Assembly (NCBI GenBank): GCA_040954595.2
Contig: CM082579.2
Coordinates: 4,832,879 to 4,896,878, forward strand
Direction of reading: 5' to 3'
DNA length: 64,000 nucleotides
Origin: Balanoglossus misakiensis
Taxonomy: Eukaryota > Animalia > Hemichordata
Within the stretch, counting starts at the first letter, position 1. Each line of letters begins with the position of its first letter. The notes under the pieces were generated by a model. The model saw only the letters and a program-made list of their open reading frames with translations. It had not been told where the DNA came from and searched no databases. Shown here piece by piece: positions 26,759-39,254 of this stretch. The position numbers and the translations under genes were made by a program.

Positions 26759-29700
26759 ATGGTATTTGTACTTTTAGTTTACAAAATCGTCGTAAGTTGA
26801 ATGTCACGAACTGTCCCTGTAAACACGATATAGATAGGCAAAAATATGCCTTTATGAATTTAGTTTTGCAAAGCTAGACAAATATGGATGGTTGCCCTTG
26901 ACTGCGGTTTGCCCTGTACTGCATAAATGAATCTTTAATGCTTATATAGCAGCCTGTTCTTCCTTTGTTCGTAATTTAATTCTACAAGACTGACGAAATT
27001 TGAATAAATGCCCTGTGACATAAATGCATGCGCAAGTCCTCAGCTTTTCCGTATAAATATTCATCACACGTGATGAGATATGTGCCATTGTAAACCCTTG
27101 TGCATACTCAACCAGTCTATGCATTTCCTCACTTTGCGTGAGAAAATTGCGCAATAACTCTTTCACAAACGTATACATGTAGTTGTTATTGATTATATTT
27201 TCATGTCTACACCTCACAAGAACGATTACACCCAATTGACGATCTATCTGTCTGTCTGTTTGTTTGTTTGCTTGCTTGCTTGCTTGTTTGGTTTTTTGTT
27301 GACTGGAATGTAACACCTGAATTATTTTCTTTTTTACAGCTCGTATTGGTCGCTGCATCAATGACTCAAGTTCAAGCGTTCACACAAAGTAAGATGTTAA
27401 CATTGTCATCAGTTTTCTTGGAAGTAGGTCAGTCGTGTTGTCGGGACGTCCCGTCACTATTCTCTTTGTGATGCTTTTAGCGCGGTAATCACAGTACACC
27501 GTGTGTAACCATGGTGATGAGTGAAACGACACCGACCAGGGGTAGCCTCACACAAAGTTTTTCCGGTTCTGCGTTTTCAGAAATCATCAATCTCGATGTC
27601 GTTTTAATCGACCCACTTATTCTCCAATGGACGGTACGTTTTACGGTTCTGTAAATCTGCCGTTCGCATTCTTCGGTGCGTGAATAGGTGTGTAAATCAC
27701 GCGAGAAGTGAATGGACAGGTAAATCGCGCGAGAAGGACCACCGCTGTCTTGCCAGGTTCTTGTAAATTTCCACTTCCGACGTCCATTACTGGAAGAATC
27801 GGTTGGATTTTCTAATGGAAGAATAATCGCCCCCATCTTAAGATCCAACGACTCCATGTACCAAGACAATTTGCTTCTTTGTCCGTTATAGGCTGTACAG
27901 AAAGTGCAGAAAATGTCCGACCAAAGCTGTCAAATGCTAGTAATGCAAAGAAGAGACGAACTGGTTTTTGTGGGAGTTGTCTGAGCAACGTATTTCAAAA
28001 TTTAGTAATTTAAATAGTAGCAGGATTTGCTAGCCCTTCTTTAGGTAGTAAAATCCAGGGGAATCCGCATGGGTTGGAAATCCAGTCTTCGAGAAATTCC
28101 AATTTTGGTTCAGATAAGTCACCGGGAAGGTTGGTTTGAAGCAATTAAATCACAAAGCCAGGCATTTGTCTTTTATTTGTTCAACGTTTATAACGTTGAT
28201 TGCTTCTGCTGTTTCAGTAACTCCGAAATCCTGCAACGATTGGTACACGATTGCGTCCTTTCAGCCGACCGCAGAGACGCTGTACGACGGTGTCTACACA
28301 ATCGACGTCAACGGCGAAGAGAAGCGGGTATACTGCGACATGTCGTGCAACGGAGGCGGGTGGACCCTACTTGTAACGGCCTCCAGCCCAGCGGGATTTG
28401 CCAGCGGCGGCTTGTTGGAGACCAACGCGGATAACCCTTCTCTGGAGACTGACTATTCCATTCTCAGCTGGGCAGATGCAATCAAGTCTACTGGACAGGA
28501 AAGTAATGTTCAGGTTTGTGTGGTCAACATATCGAATCGTATGTTAATTTCTACTAACCACAAGGGGGTATTCCTGTTCAGTTTTTGTCTTAACCTTGAT
28601 GGCAACCTTTGCTTTTTTTTAAAGAATTTGAGTATGGAATCTCGCTTTGACTATAAAACAGTACATCTCCGCTAACCACATTCATAAAGCTGACATCACA
28701 TTCTAATCTACACCCCTTATGTTTACCAGTATCGTCTAGAAGCGTTCCAGACCAGTCCCGGACGCTACGGTGGAATATGGGAGGTGCCTCACACGTACAG
28801 CTTCAACAACACGCAGCCCAACCAGGTCTCCAAGCTGATCGAGAAGTTCGACGCTGACTGGACAACAGGCTACGGGTCCGTGCAGAACCTGATGCCGTGG
28901 ATTGACACCACCAACCGCGTCCTGACAACATCTCACCTCCTGTTCGATTCGCTGTGGGGCACCATCGCCATGGAAACTGGAGGCGCGGACAGAGACTACG
29001 ACCCGGCGCCTTGGATTGAGACCCGGCTGCCGCAACCGGGTAAGATTTGGTACTGGATGCGAGAGCCGCAAAGAGGTACGTCGCCACGTCGTAACTTTGC
29101 AATTCCGTTTTTCGTCACTTTTTGTCTCTGAATTGAAGAATCTGATTGACATGTCCGAAAAAAAGTCACACTAGTCTTTTTGCTATTTTCCAACAATTGT
29201 AGACAACAGGCTGAGCCTATATGAAAACAGATGCGGCGAAGGCATGAACTACACGATAATACCCCTATTCGTCGAAACGAGGGCTGCTGACGGATTAGCC
29301 GGCTGGTGCCCGTCATTCGGCGAAGCCTCTACCTGCTGCAGCGACATCACCGCCGATGGATGGTGCAGCCCATCAGCCTGTGACTGTGCCAGTTGTGTCA
29401 GTTTTGCCCTGAGTAAGTAACGCTTTTTGGACGGTTTTTATCATTTTCATAAATCAAAAGTTTGTTATCATTTATACTGTATTATCCTCGCCAATTATTG
29501 CCTTAATCACCGAATCCGTAATACAAAACAAGTAACCGTATACTTAAATCATTAAATGTTTGTTAACATCCATTATCTTATATCGTCAGATGTCACCTCC
29601 ATGGCAAATTTTACCACTTACAATGACACGTGTTCAGCACCACTTGAAGAAGTTCCTCCGGTACGTATAGTGAGTTGACGAAATGCATGTCCTTACATCC

Positions 29701-32700
29701 ATTTTTCTATCCGACCAGTATTACATTTGTACCAGTTACATATCTCACGCATCTAACACGTTATTTAGAAAGTCGCTATTGGGCATTTTCATCAAATAAT
29801 ATAACGTTTTCCCCCTTGCAGACTGAGTCAACAGTAAAAGAGGTAAACGCAACTTGGTTCTTGCAGAAATTAGAAGAACTCTCGTTGACCGGTGATATGG
29901 ACCAACTGATACTAGCAATCACGGTACGGTATGGTGTAATGTGGCGTATACTTCAGTACTGTACTATACAGGCTGTACTGTACGCAGCTTTATCACATAC
30001 GACTGAAACGATTCCACTCTAAGTACATATGACAAGACAGTATGATGTACACGTGCACGTCAATTGGCACAATATTTTCACATCTGACGCCATTACTCAG
30101 ACGTGCCTGACAAGGGCAAAGCACCGTGATGCGAACTGCTCCCAACCGTTTCTCAAATGCCAAGCTCGATGAGTGAAATTGTTCCTCCCTTGACATTTTC
30201 GTCCATCATGTATGCCCTCCATGTCGACAGCATACATCAAATATTTTCACAAAAATACGACTCTCTATGAGATGCATCGCTTTGAAAAGGTGGCCCTTTT
30301 TCATGGAGATATACACGTTTTCATCGTTGAATGGTAGTAAATGTATCTGAATACTTTTTGAATTTTATTTTATTTTGCAGGCAGTTGTGGAAATTTCCAA
30401 CGATGTCTTGAAAGATATACTTGAACAGGTTTGTTTGACGAAATATAACCTACATTTTTGGTGAGGGGCGTTCTCCTTTGTTAAAACCATCAAACCTCTG
30501 CATCAAATCTAAGTTAATGATAATCCGAAAATGTCTACCTTTCAGCCTGGTCTGACGGACAGGGAAACTGCGCTCGACATCATCCACGCAATCGACGACT
30601 TCGCTGTGAAAGTTGGAGAAGTGCTCCCGAACCGCGGTGAAATACGTCAAATTTCTGAGAATATAGGTAAGAGAGTAATGTTAGTCATTCTAAGGCCAGA
30701 GGCTAAATCGCAATTGGTTGAAGTCTTCAGACGGCAAGAATAGACTAGACAATGATTAATATCACTGAATTATCATTTAATGAATACAATATGCATTGAT
30801 GTAGACAACGATTTGTAATATTCAAACTTTGACCATCACTACCATCAGTATTAGAAACGGTTTCTGCGAACGACGTTATTTTGCAAGACGGGTGGAGCTT
30901 CTATGGCGGCGAAGACAGTGTCCAGTTTATACAGGTAGATGGTGCTGATTTGCGAGGCATTGTAGATACGCATGGAACAGGAGGTATGTACTTCAATATT
31001 TTGGTATAAGATGATTCGGAATTAGATTGTACATTTAGCCTCTTGTTGGATAGCTCGTTTTTTATTCACTGTCTCTCTGTATCTCTGTCTCTCTATATCT
31101 CTCTCTGACTCTCTCTCTCTTTCTTTATCTCTCGTCAAAAGTCAACGACTCCTTAGTGTTGATCGGCACGTGGTATCGTGACATGTACGACATAATGGGC
31201 GGCAGTGTGGCGTACGCCGAAGACGACAGCGGGAAAACATTTCTGACAACAGACATCTTGTCTCTGTCGGTGACGCTGAACGGCCATGTCGTCAGTTTAC
31301 CAGTGACGTACCAACTCCAGACAACGGTACAGTAGGAAATGTTGCCGAGACGTGAATGTCTGTTTAGTTAAAATATTGTATCCATGTTATGCTAACATTT
31401 TTGCTTTACATTGTTTTCAATTACAAATAAGGTTAAAACTATCTTTCAGTGAGTCTATATTCAAACCTTTTCTACACTTCTTGCCTACTTACAGAATGGA
31501 TCTGAGTTTGGTAATTGTAACATGCTGCGAGAATCGTGTGCATACTTGGATTTTATGACGTAAGTTACCATTCCTATCTAAAAGAATCAGCCCATTATTA
31601 CTCTCGGTCACCTGAGTAAGGCCTACAGATACATTTAAATTCTCAAGACACCTAGAGAAATAATAAACGTCAAATTCTGCATGCTTTACTTAAGTTAACG
31701 AGCTTTTAAAAACAGACTGTAATTTACGATTGGTTTACGTGATCTTGCTACACCGATCTCTTCTCAGATTCTATACCACTAACGAATGAATTCCTGCGTT
31801 CCGACGTATAATCGCTGCAGTTTTTAATCTTTACGCGCCGTAGGAAACACGTAGGGATGTTGCCGTAAAGAGGCCATCATTTTACGGCGACGTAAAGAGG
31901 AGAGTTTACTTTAACCGATTCCCATATATCATTACAGGAACAACAGTGAATACGTGTACGCACTCGCCATCTGGAGAAGTACTGGCTGCAAGTCTGTCAA
32001 TGAGACGAGCGAGTTAGTTCAATGCTATTGTACCCACACCACCAACTTCGCTGTGTTGATGACCGTCGTGCCAATAGAGGTGGGCTTCATTAAAAGTGGG
32101 ATATTTTCGTTTCTAAAAAGGTTAACTACAAATGCCAATCACGTCTTGTGGCACGATAAGGATAAAGACTGTTGTCTGTCGTGTACAGATTGATTTACGA
32201 TTCTACTTTGTGGCAAGCGGTTTCGATACGGGTTTTCTTTGAAGGAAGTTGCATCAATTACGTGCCCAGCTTTGGATTTGTAAGGCGATCTCAAATAGCA
32301 TCAGAACTTCTTCGCCCAGGATCAATAGATCAATTTCCAGTCAATTTGTATTTTTCAGATATCCTTCCTTCACCAGAAAATCCTGGATCTAATCGTCTAC
32401 ATCGGATCCAGTATTTCTATCGGGGCGTTGGTCATCACCTTTGTGATGTATTTTTATCTGGGGTAAGTACGTCGACAGCTTTGTGGCCTTTGGCGAATTT
32501 TTCTCACTTATCTTCACCGTGTTGTCACAGCGACAGGATGGTGATGATACACTCACAAATATGCTGAGCTGCATCGTTCCAGCTCGGCACTCGCCCAATC
32601 TACATCGCATTATCTCTGAATGTGATCTTACTCATGGGACTAATTTCAAACACTAGTTCTGTGGTTAGATGGTTAGCTTGTAGTGACGATAAATCCTAGC

Positions 32701-35700
32701 GCAATCCTCCAGCCGCTTTGGCTGAGTACAGTAAACGCATCTCTATCGAATCGGTGGTTCTCGACTGTAAATTATGCAAACAGGGGATTTAACATGGATC
32801 ACGGTTGCTACTAAGAACACTGTGGGTTTTACTGCTCCGACCATGGAGAAGTATTCAGCAAACGAATCGCAGGCTGCATTGGTAAACAACAAGATTCTCA
32901 TTATCCCTAAACGATTTCACTTAAGTTTACCCTCAACCTTCACCCGTCCAATAACGCAACCATTTACTCTTGTCGTAAAAAAAAAACAATAACCAAGTAT
33001 AGATTGACCGCATGGTGGCGCATACTGATTTTGCATGGCCGCCATATTGGAAACTAATCGGGCGTGCCAGACGTGCTGCGATGGAAATATTAGTCAAGTC
33101 TCTCTCTAGGGCCTGTGGTCAAGTAGCAAAATATGACTAAAGACACGCAAAATAATGAAACCTTAGAGTATATACTAGTCATCGGAAACGTATGGGCACT
33201 CTCAACGCTTTACATAAAGTATAGCTCACTGATACAATTCGAACAGTGTGAGCTTCTTGTCAGATTGGCCTGCCACACAGAATAAAAGCGTTCATTGGAC
33301 TATAATATGTACAGATATTCATGTTAACATTTCCTTGACAGATCATCGTTGTCCTCAGAAAGGATGACAATTCACAAGAACCTGATGGCGGCCATCTTGG
33401 TTGTGCAGATGCTTGTGCTGTGCTCTGATACTGCGAGTCTACATGTTGTGAGTACTGAATAGAAACTTTACTTTCTGTTGTAGTTTACCATACAATTCTC
33501 TTTGGAGCCCTGAAGAATGCGTTAATGATTTATGTTTCCTAAATCTCCTAGGTAACATGCAAGATGGTGTCCATAGTTCTACATTATGCATGCACGGCGT
33601 TGTTCCTCTGGATGTTAATTGAAGGAGTTCATCTCTACAGACAAGTCATTACTGTGTATGGCAGCGAAGCAAGTTGGCTAAAGTATTACTATACCATCTG
33701 TTGGGGTATGCATATGTGGCAACTATAGCTATATTCTGAATTTGTATCAGGTGCAATCCATATTATAAATACAGATTACCAAAGCAGTAATCTGCATTAA
33801 CGTAAATGCTATTCTGTTCTACAGAGATTAGTAACCCTTCAAGAAAATATTCCATTGAAGGAAGAAATCTAATCAGTCTCGCCTTCTATTTCCAACAGGC
33901 AGTCCAGCGGTCATAGTGGCCATATGTTTAGGAATAAGATGGGAAGATTATGGAAGTGATAAAAGGTAAGATTTCTATGTGGAAACCGACAGTAAAACAG
34001 CAAAAGAAAGCCTTGAAGACAACGATGAGAACTCGTTATTTTTTAGAAGAAATGTGACATTTAACAACTGATCGAGACAACAATCCTGAGGGCGAGATAT
34101 GGAAATACAACGTTGACAAATAAATTCAAAATTTGCATTGTTTATTTTGAGCTATTGGTTACTACGGCAACCCTAAATTGCTAGGCGCATATCGAATAAG
34201 TCGACACTCAACCTTGATTCTCGAGTCTGGGTTCTGTTCCAATTATGCTTGTTCATATTTACGTGTTAGATAATAAAGATTTTTACTAGTTTATAGAAGT
34301 AAAGGTAATGTCTATTAATTATAACTGAGCACAATTGCCAATCAGTGCACTTTTTAACATCTACAAATGCTTTGTTTTGACTCAACCTTTATTAATAATA
34401 GACACTAACATCACAAATACCTGTAAATGTACTACACCTACCGGACTTTGTGTTTTTAAGCCAATGTTTTGTTAAACAATTATTTTATCACAGGCGACAA
34501 GACCCTAACTGTTCGGGTGATCCATATATGGGCTGGTAAGAGCCATGAAACACGAAATGTTTAAACATTGCGGGTTTACGTCATCACTCTGCGAATCGCT
34601 GTCGTTTCTTGAATTTCGCGCTCACCCTGTCCACAGAAAAGGTGACACATTCTTACAACCGATTTGGGACTAACATGAAGAGTTTGTCATCTTTTCTCGG
34701 AACCTAGATTTGCGCCATGTGCTTGCTGCGCTGGTAGTCTGGGTTCAAATATAGGGGACAGGAAAGGGCGAAATACAAGAATGACGTAATGACACGCAGA
34801 AATCTGACATGAACTATTTGAAATTCAAAGCCGATCATTCGACCGACATTTTGACTCCACCACACGTTTCATCCAGTGCATTCCGTCACACCCACTCATG
34901 CTTGCATGCATGTACGCAAAAAGCATTGACTAACTGTAAAATGATAAATAACATTAATAGATAGATAGATATATATATATATACGCATTGTTCGTCACGT
35001 GACTGTTCCACTGTCTCACTATTTTGTCTCAGTGTATCTAATCCCTGCCAATCGTTGCATCATCATGATCGTCATCATCATCATTATGATTGTTTCATTT
35101 AAACCCCCTCCCCCAGTATTATGAGGGCCCCTGACCTATGAGAATAGAACCTTCTGATTGATTAATTTTCATATGAAAAACTCAAGAACCATACCAGTAA
35201 GCCAAATGTGAAGACAATTCAAAAGATTGTTACTACAAATGTTTAGTAAGCTTAAGGTTTGCGGTGTTCTCTTTCAGGTGTTGGCTTTCAGCCAGAAACG
35301 GCCTGATATGGGCGTTTGCGGGCATTGCAATCATCATCATTGTGGTACGTGCCTGACGATTATGCTTCTTTCTGCATGTTTAATCGTAAATGTTCGATAC
35401 TTTCGATAAATACAACTAAGACAATGTACCAGTGGAGGTTTTCTGATAATTCGAATTGTTTGAAAAGGTCATATACACACCAAGATAGATTTTTATCCTT
35501 TCTTGAAGAATTTTTTCCTACGTGTATTTTACAACTTTTTTTTGCAGGCAAACGTCATAGTATTAGCAGCCGTTGTCAAGGTGGTTATTACCGCTGCCAA
35601 AATGACACAGGCCAAAGAATTCGACCATGCTAAGTAAGTACCTCCCGAATACTAGTACTCGGCCCCTCGTCTCAGGATCGGATTTTCCTGAAACTACCTA

Positions 35701-37912
35701 CAAGCCAACATGACTAATAGATTACACCAATTGCCACTGGATAAGAATATTTTGAATATTACAATATTTTCCTTTCTGGTTTCTTGTTGCTAGGATAACT
35801 CCGTGGCAATATACCATAATTTAAGCAGGACTGTATTGGAATATATAGGGCGCAATGTGCCATTACGTGGAATAAATAAGACATTTCTCTCCTCGTTTGA
35901 ATATAATTGAAACAGATATCTACGTTTACCCTACCTTTAGCGGTGTCTTCAAGCAAATCTGTTATATATTACGTATTAGTGACGAATTTGCAATTTTTCA
36001 GTAGGTAATACCACGAGGGCCGGGGGTTTATAATATTTTTCTTTGTTTCTCAATAAGTTTTAATTAATTGCATGAAGATGGGGCGATTTATAGCAACGAA
36101 ATGACCTATGTGTGATCTACCTTGTCAAAATGTTACTTAAATTATTCGCTGATGTCATGAATTTTTATGGGTTTTAGTCGCATCTTCTGTTACTTCTTAT
36201 CAGGACTACTAGTAATCCGTTCTTCCCGTAACTTATGATTCAGAAAATACAGAGGGAAGGTCAGTGTTTTGGGGGGTTGGGTCGCCATTTTTCGCGCAAG
36301 CAGTGGTGTTTTGTATTAAAAAAAACATCGCTGTAATTTTTGTACATGCGTCCATTAGTCGCCACCAGGTGGCGCTACTATTCGTTGGGCAGGATGAGAA
36401 GACTGCGACCGACATTGGATGCCACTGGGATGAATTTCTGTGCCTTATCCTTTTTTACAGGGCAGGCGTTAAAAGTGCACTGATGCTCTTACCACTGCTG
36501 GGAACCACGTGGTTACTGGGACTATTTGCAGTTGATAACGACACAATTGTGTTCCTGTATCTCTTTGCAACCTTGAACTCTCTGCAGGTCAGCGAAATTT
36601 GCATCTATATCTCGTCACGATGTTTTATTAAACGTTTAATGCATACTAAATCGTTGGCGATCGCCATGACATAAAAGATGTACAGTAATAGCATAGCGCT
36701 GTCGCAGCTAGATAAACTACACTATACGTTGCCTCAGCGGACATTCGGTGTGCGAAAACGTGGTTTGGGTTATCATCATGATCAATCGCTGTGGAAAATC
36801 TACATCACAATTGTCACCATGGGACAAATTGAGACATCCCTGCATAAAGTAAACATAACACTCTCTTCCTCTCCCTCTCTCATTTTACAGGGTCTGTTTG
36901 TGGTGCTCTTTCACTTTGTTTTGAATTCAGAGGTAAGTTTGATATATGATCATTTCTCTGCCTTGCTCATGGAAATTGAATTTATTTATTTATTTATTTG
37001 AACAGATCAGTGTTTCAGTGTTAATATTCTTCCCGATAATATCTGTTTCGCGCAGGTGCGTGCTGCTTTAAGGAGAAAGCTCGAAAAACGTGCCGCTGAG
37101 AAGGGCTCCCTCACAGTTGGTCTCACATCAAGGGTAAGAAGGTTACTTCACATTTGGGGGGTCTCTGTTACTCTTTTTTCTCCTACTATAAATTCCAACC
37201 TATCAATGTTACTATCCATAATACTAATAACCATGTTCGATGATACACATTTTTTCCTGTCTGTCAATCGTGACGCAGCTGGATCAATCTCGGACCGGAA
37301 GTGCCACTTACGCGATGTCGAGGTCCACGAAGTCAAGTTCAGTGAACGTGGTGAAAGTGGAAGAGATTGAACCGGAAGGAATGAAAGATTTTAGCATGAC
37401 GAACGTGAATGGCAGGACAGGATCAGTCCGTGTCACCAGGGTAAGCAACAGTTGATATTAATGTTTTGGTATTCGGTGAAGTCCAGTCAGCGAAAATTGA
37501 AATTCTAGCAAAATAAGCAAGCAAGCAAATATGCTATCATGGTACGCTAACACGCGAACAAACTTGCAAGCAAATTGGCATGGCTGAACGATTGTGTACA
37601 ACACTACTATGTAACAACGCACCACCGTAGCCTTGAGTTGCGATTGATACACCTGGCCTGTACAACTTATATGCTAATAGTTCCATCTCCTCGGTCAATG
37701 CGTGATCGATCGTTACACACGTGTATTTCGTGTCGCACATGAAGAACGTGGTTTATCATTTGAATCGTACCTGTTCATTGCCCGTAGAGTCATTCACATA
37801 GTTCCAAATTCAGTCGTCGATGTCTCGTTTCCAGGTCGGTGGTTCGCCCAGTTCCTCTGCTTCGTTCAACACCACGGTGACCGACTTGCCGAACACCCCT
37901 CTCGTCGATTAA
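26759..37912 (+). CDS. Adhesion GPCR (~957 aa): signal peptide, divergent fibrinogen-like domain, hevein-like Cys-rich module, GAIN/GPS, ADGRD1(GPR133)-like 7TM
   Basis: Frame-consistent GT-AG model of 2874 nt: 26759-26791, 27340-27388, 28218-28513, 28730-29075, 29203-29412, 29590-29660, 29822-29923, 30381-30428, 30546-30666, 30849-30983, 31142-31326, 31495-31559, 31938-32079, 32359-32462, 33342-33447, 33552-33705, 33899-33965, 35278-35344, 35548-35633, 36461-36587, 36891-36932, 37056-37133, 37279-37440, 37835-37912. Motifs: GPS WRSTGC...CYCTHTTNFAVLM; TM2 ERMTIHKNL; TM3 LHY...FLWMLIEGVHLY; CWLS..GLIWAF; LLPLLGTTW; NSLQGLFVVLFHFVLNSEVRAA. Confidence 0.92.
28218..29075 (+). other. Exons 3-4 of the aGPCR: divergent fibrinogen-related (FReD-like) domain
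   Basis: PKSCNDW...DGVYTI...VYCDMSCNGGGWTL is the FReD N-terminal signature. The rest (YRLEA..GRYGGIW..PAPWI..KIWYWMRE) lacks the usual FReD C-terminal motifs. Confidence 0.75.
29203..29412 (+). other. Exon 5 of the aGPCR: 8-Cys hevein/chitin-binding-type-1-like module (missed by the ORF track)
   Basis: A 210-nt phase-1/phase-1 exon encodes NRCGEG...GWCPSFGEASTCCSDITADGWCSPSACDCASCVSF, giving a CG...C...CCS..GWC pattern. Confidence 0.6.
36358..36377 (+). promoter_or_regulatory. CTCF-like motif in an aGPCR intron
   Basis: gtcgCCACCAGGTGGCGCta is a close match to the CTCF core CCASYAGRKGGCRS. Confidence 0.45.
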
Positions 37913-37968
37913 CATCCCAACTTCTGAAGTGAACGTGAAGGAAGTACGTCACGTGTCATCTCAGTCCA

Positions 37969-37974
37969 AATAAA
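37969..37974 (+). terminator. Candidate polyadenylation signal of the aGPCR
   Basis: AATAAA ~56 nt after the TAA stop at 37910-37912; further AATAAA hexamers lie near 38975 and 39032. Confidence 0.35.
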
Positions 37975-39139
37975 GGTCCCGGATGCGTTACAGCGCCACC
38001 ATCGTTTAATGAAGAAATCGACGCTGTGGAGAAATGTGGTGATATCCTCCTTAACTACTAGAATTTGGGGGAATGTGCCTGGCTCTTCTGCTGACACGTC
38101 GAACAGCAAGATGGCTGAAACCGCGGCTAAACTTAGCAACGTCAAGTTTTAAATGACAGTTTGCCAACTGAACTGATAATTATGTGCCAAATTAAATGAT
38201 TTGCTAACTTGAAAATAATACAAGACTGTCCTAAGTAGGGAAGATGGTAAAGAATTTACAGTTACATGTATATAGTCAGATTATGCGTAGCATACAACGA
38301 GTTAATGGGGAGGGGGGAGAAAATATGGAATTCAAAGAAGAGGTAGTATCTTGTAGGTTGAGGAAATAGTCGTGTGTGTTTTTGTTTTCTGTGTTTTCGG
38401 GTACAGTGTAATTGTTGATCAAGCGTATTTTAGCCTTTTCTGATCATGGTTATCCGAAAGCACAATCTTTGCATCAAGTCTACGGACTTTCATTCAGTAC
38501 AAGAAAATTGTTATATGCACCAATTATGCGTGGTGTAATTTTACAGAGCGGGTGTAACAGCGCTCATCGGACCCAAACTCGATGGAAAGGTGAAAACGAT
38601 TTCTTCAAGCCCTTGTCTCTCACCGTCCCTGTAGAAATTTGTAGATTTATACGCTGCAGTACCCGTACGCAATACCAATGCAATTTAGTACAGATTATGT
38701 GTTTATCAATGTTGTAACCATAACCATAATGGAAACCTTATGTAGAGGTAGCCGACTTTGACTTAAGAAGACTAGTTTACTTTTCTTCTTCTAAAATAGT
38801 CAACTATGTAGCGCGCTATTCGTACATGTGAGATGGTACGTTTGCTTTCCCGGGGTACCTTGCGATGCAGTCTTGTCAAGTCAAGATTTACGTCAAAGAA
38901 TGATTCAATGAATTAAATCATATCACACTTAAGATCCAATGTACACTGATAGTTTTGAAGTTTTAAAAACTTTAAATAAAAGACAACGCCTCTGTAAGTA
39001 ACTTACAATGAGCAGAGATCATATTTTACACAATAAAATCAACACATTATAGTCATCCTAGCGGTGAGTATTTCCTATATGGTATGAATGTGCCAAGATT
39101 CACTCTCAATTCAATCGACTCCAAAAATTAACACAAATG

Positions 39140-39145
39140 TTTATT
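39140..39145 (-). terminator. Candidate polyadenylation signal of the RTK
   Basis: TTTATT on + (AATAAA on -) about 110 nt beyond the stop at 39255. Confidence 0.4.
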
Positions 39146-39254
39146 TAAAATATATAGCACATAAATGTTTAAATAAGTTAATCTACTCCCAACGAATGAT
39201 AACGTTATTTTAAAAAAACGCACCACGATTTTATTTCATGGACAGCGACATTGT

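Noticed and set aside
32600-33120. Possible SINE/MITE fragments in introns and intergenic DNA (also ~25380-25600, ~48230-48390, ~56390-56620)
   Set aside because: They look repeat-like, but no second copy, clear terminal repeats or target-site duplication can be shown within the window.
26759-37912. Assigning the symbol ADGRD1
   Set aside because: The 7TM resembles ADGRD1 but the ectodomain differs, and invertebrate aGPCRs are often lineage-expanded.
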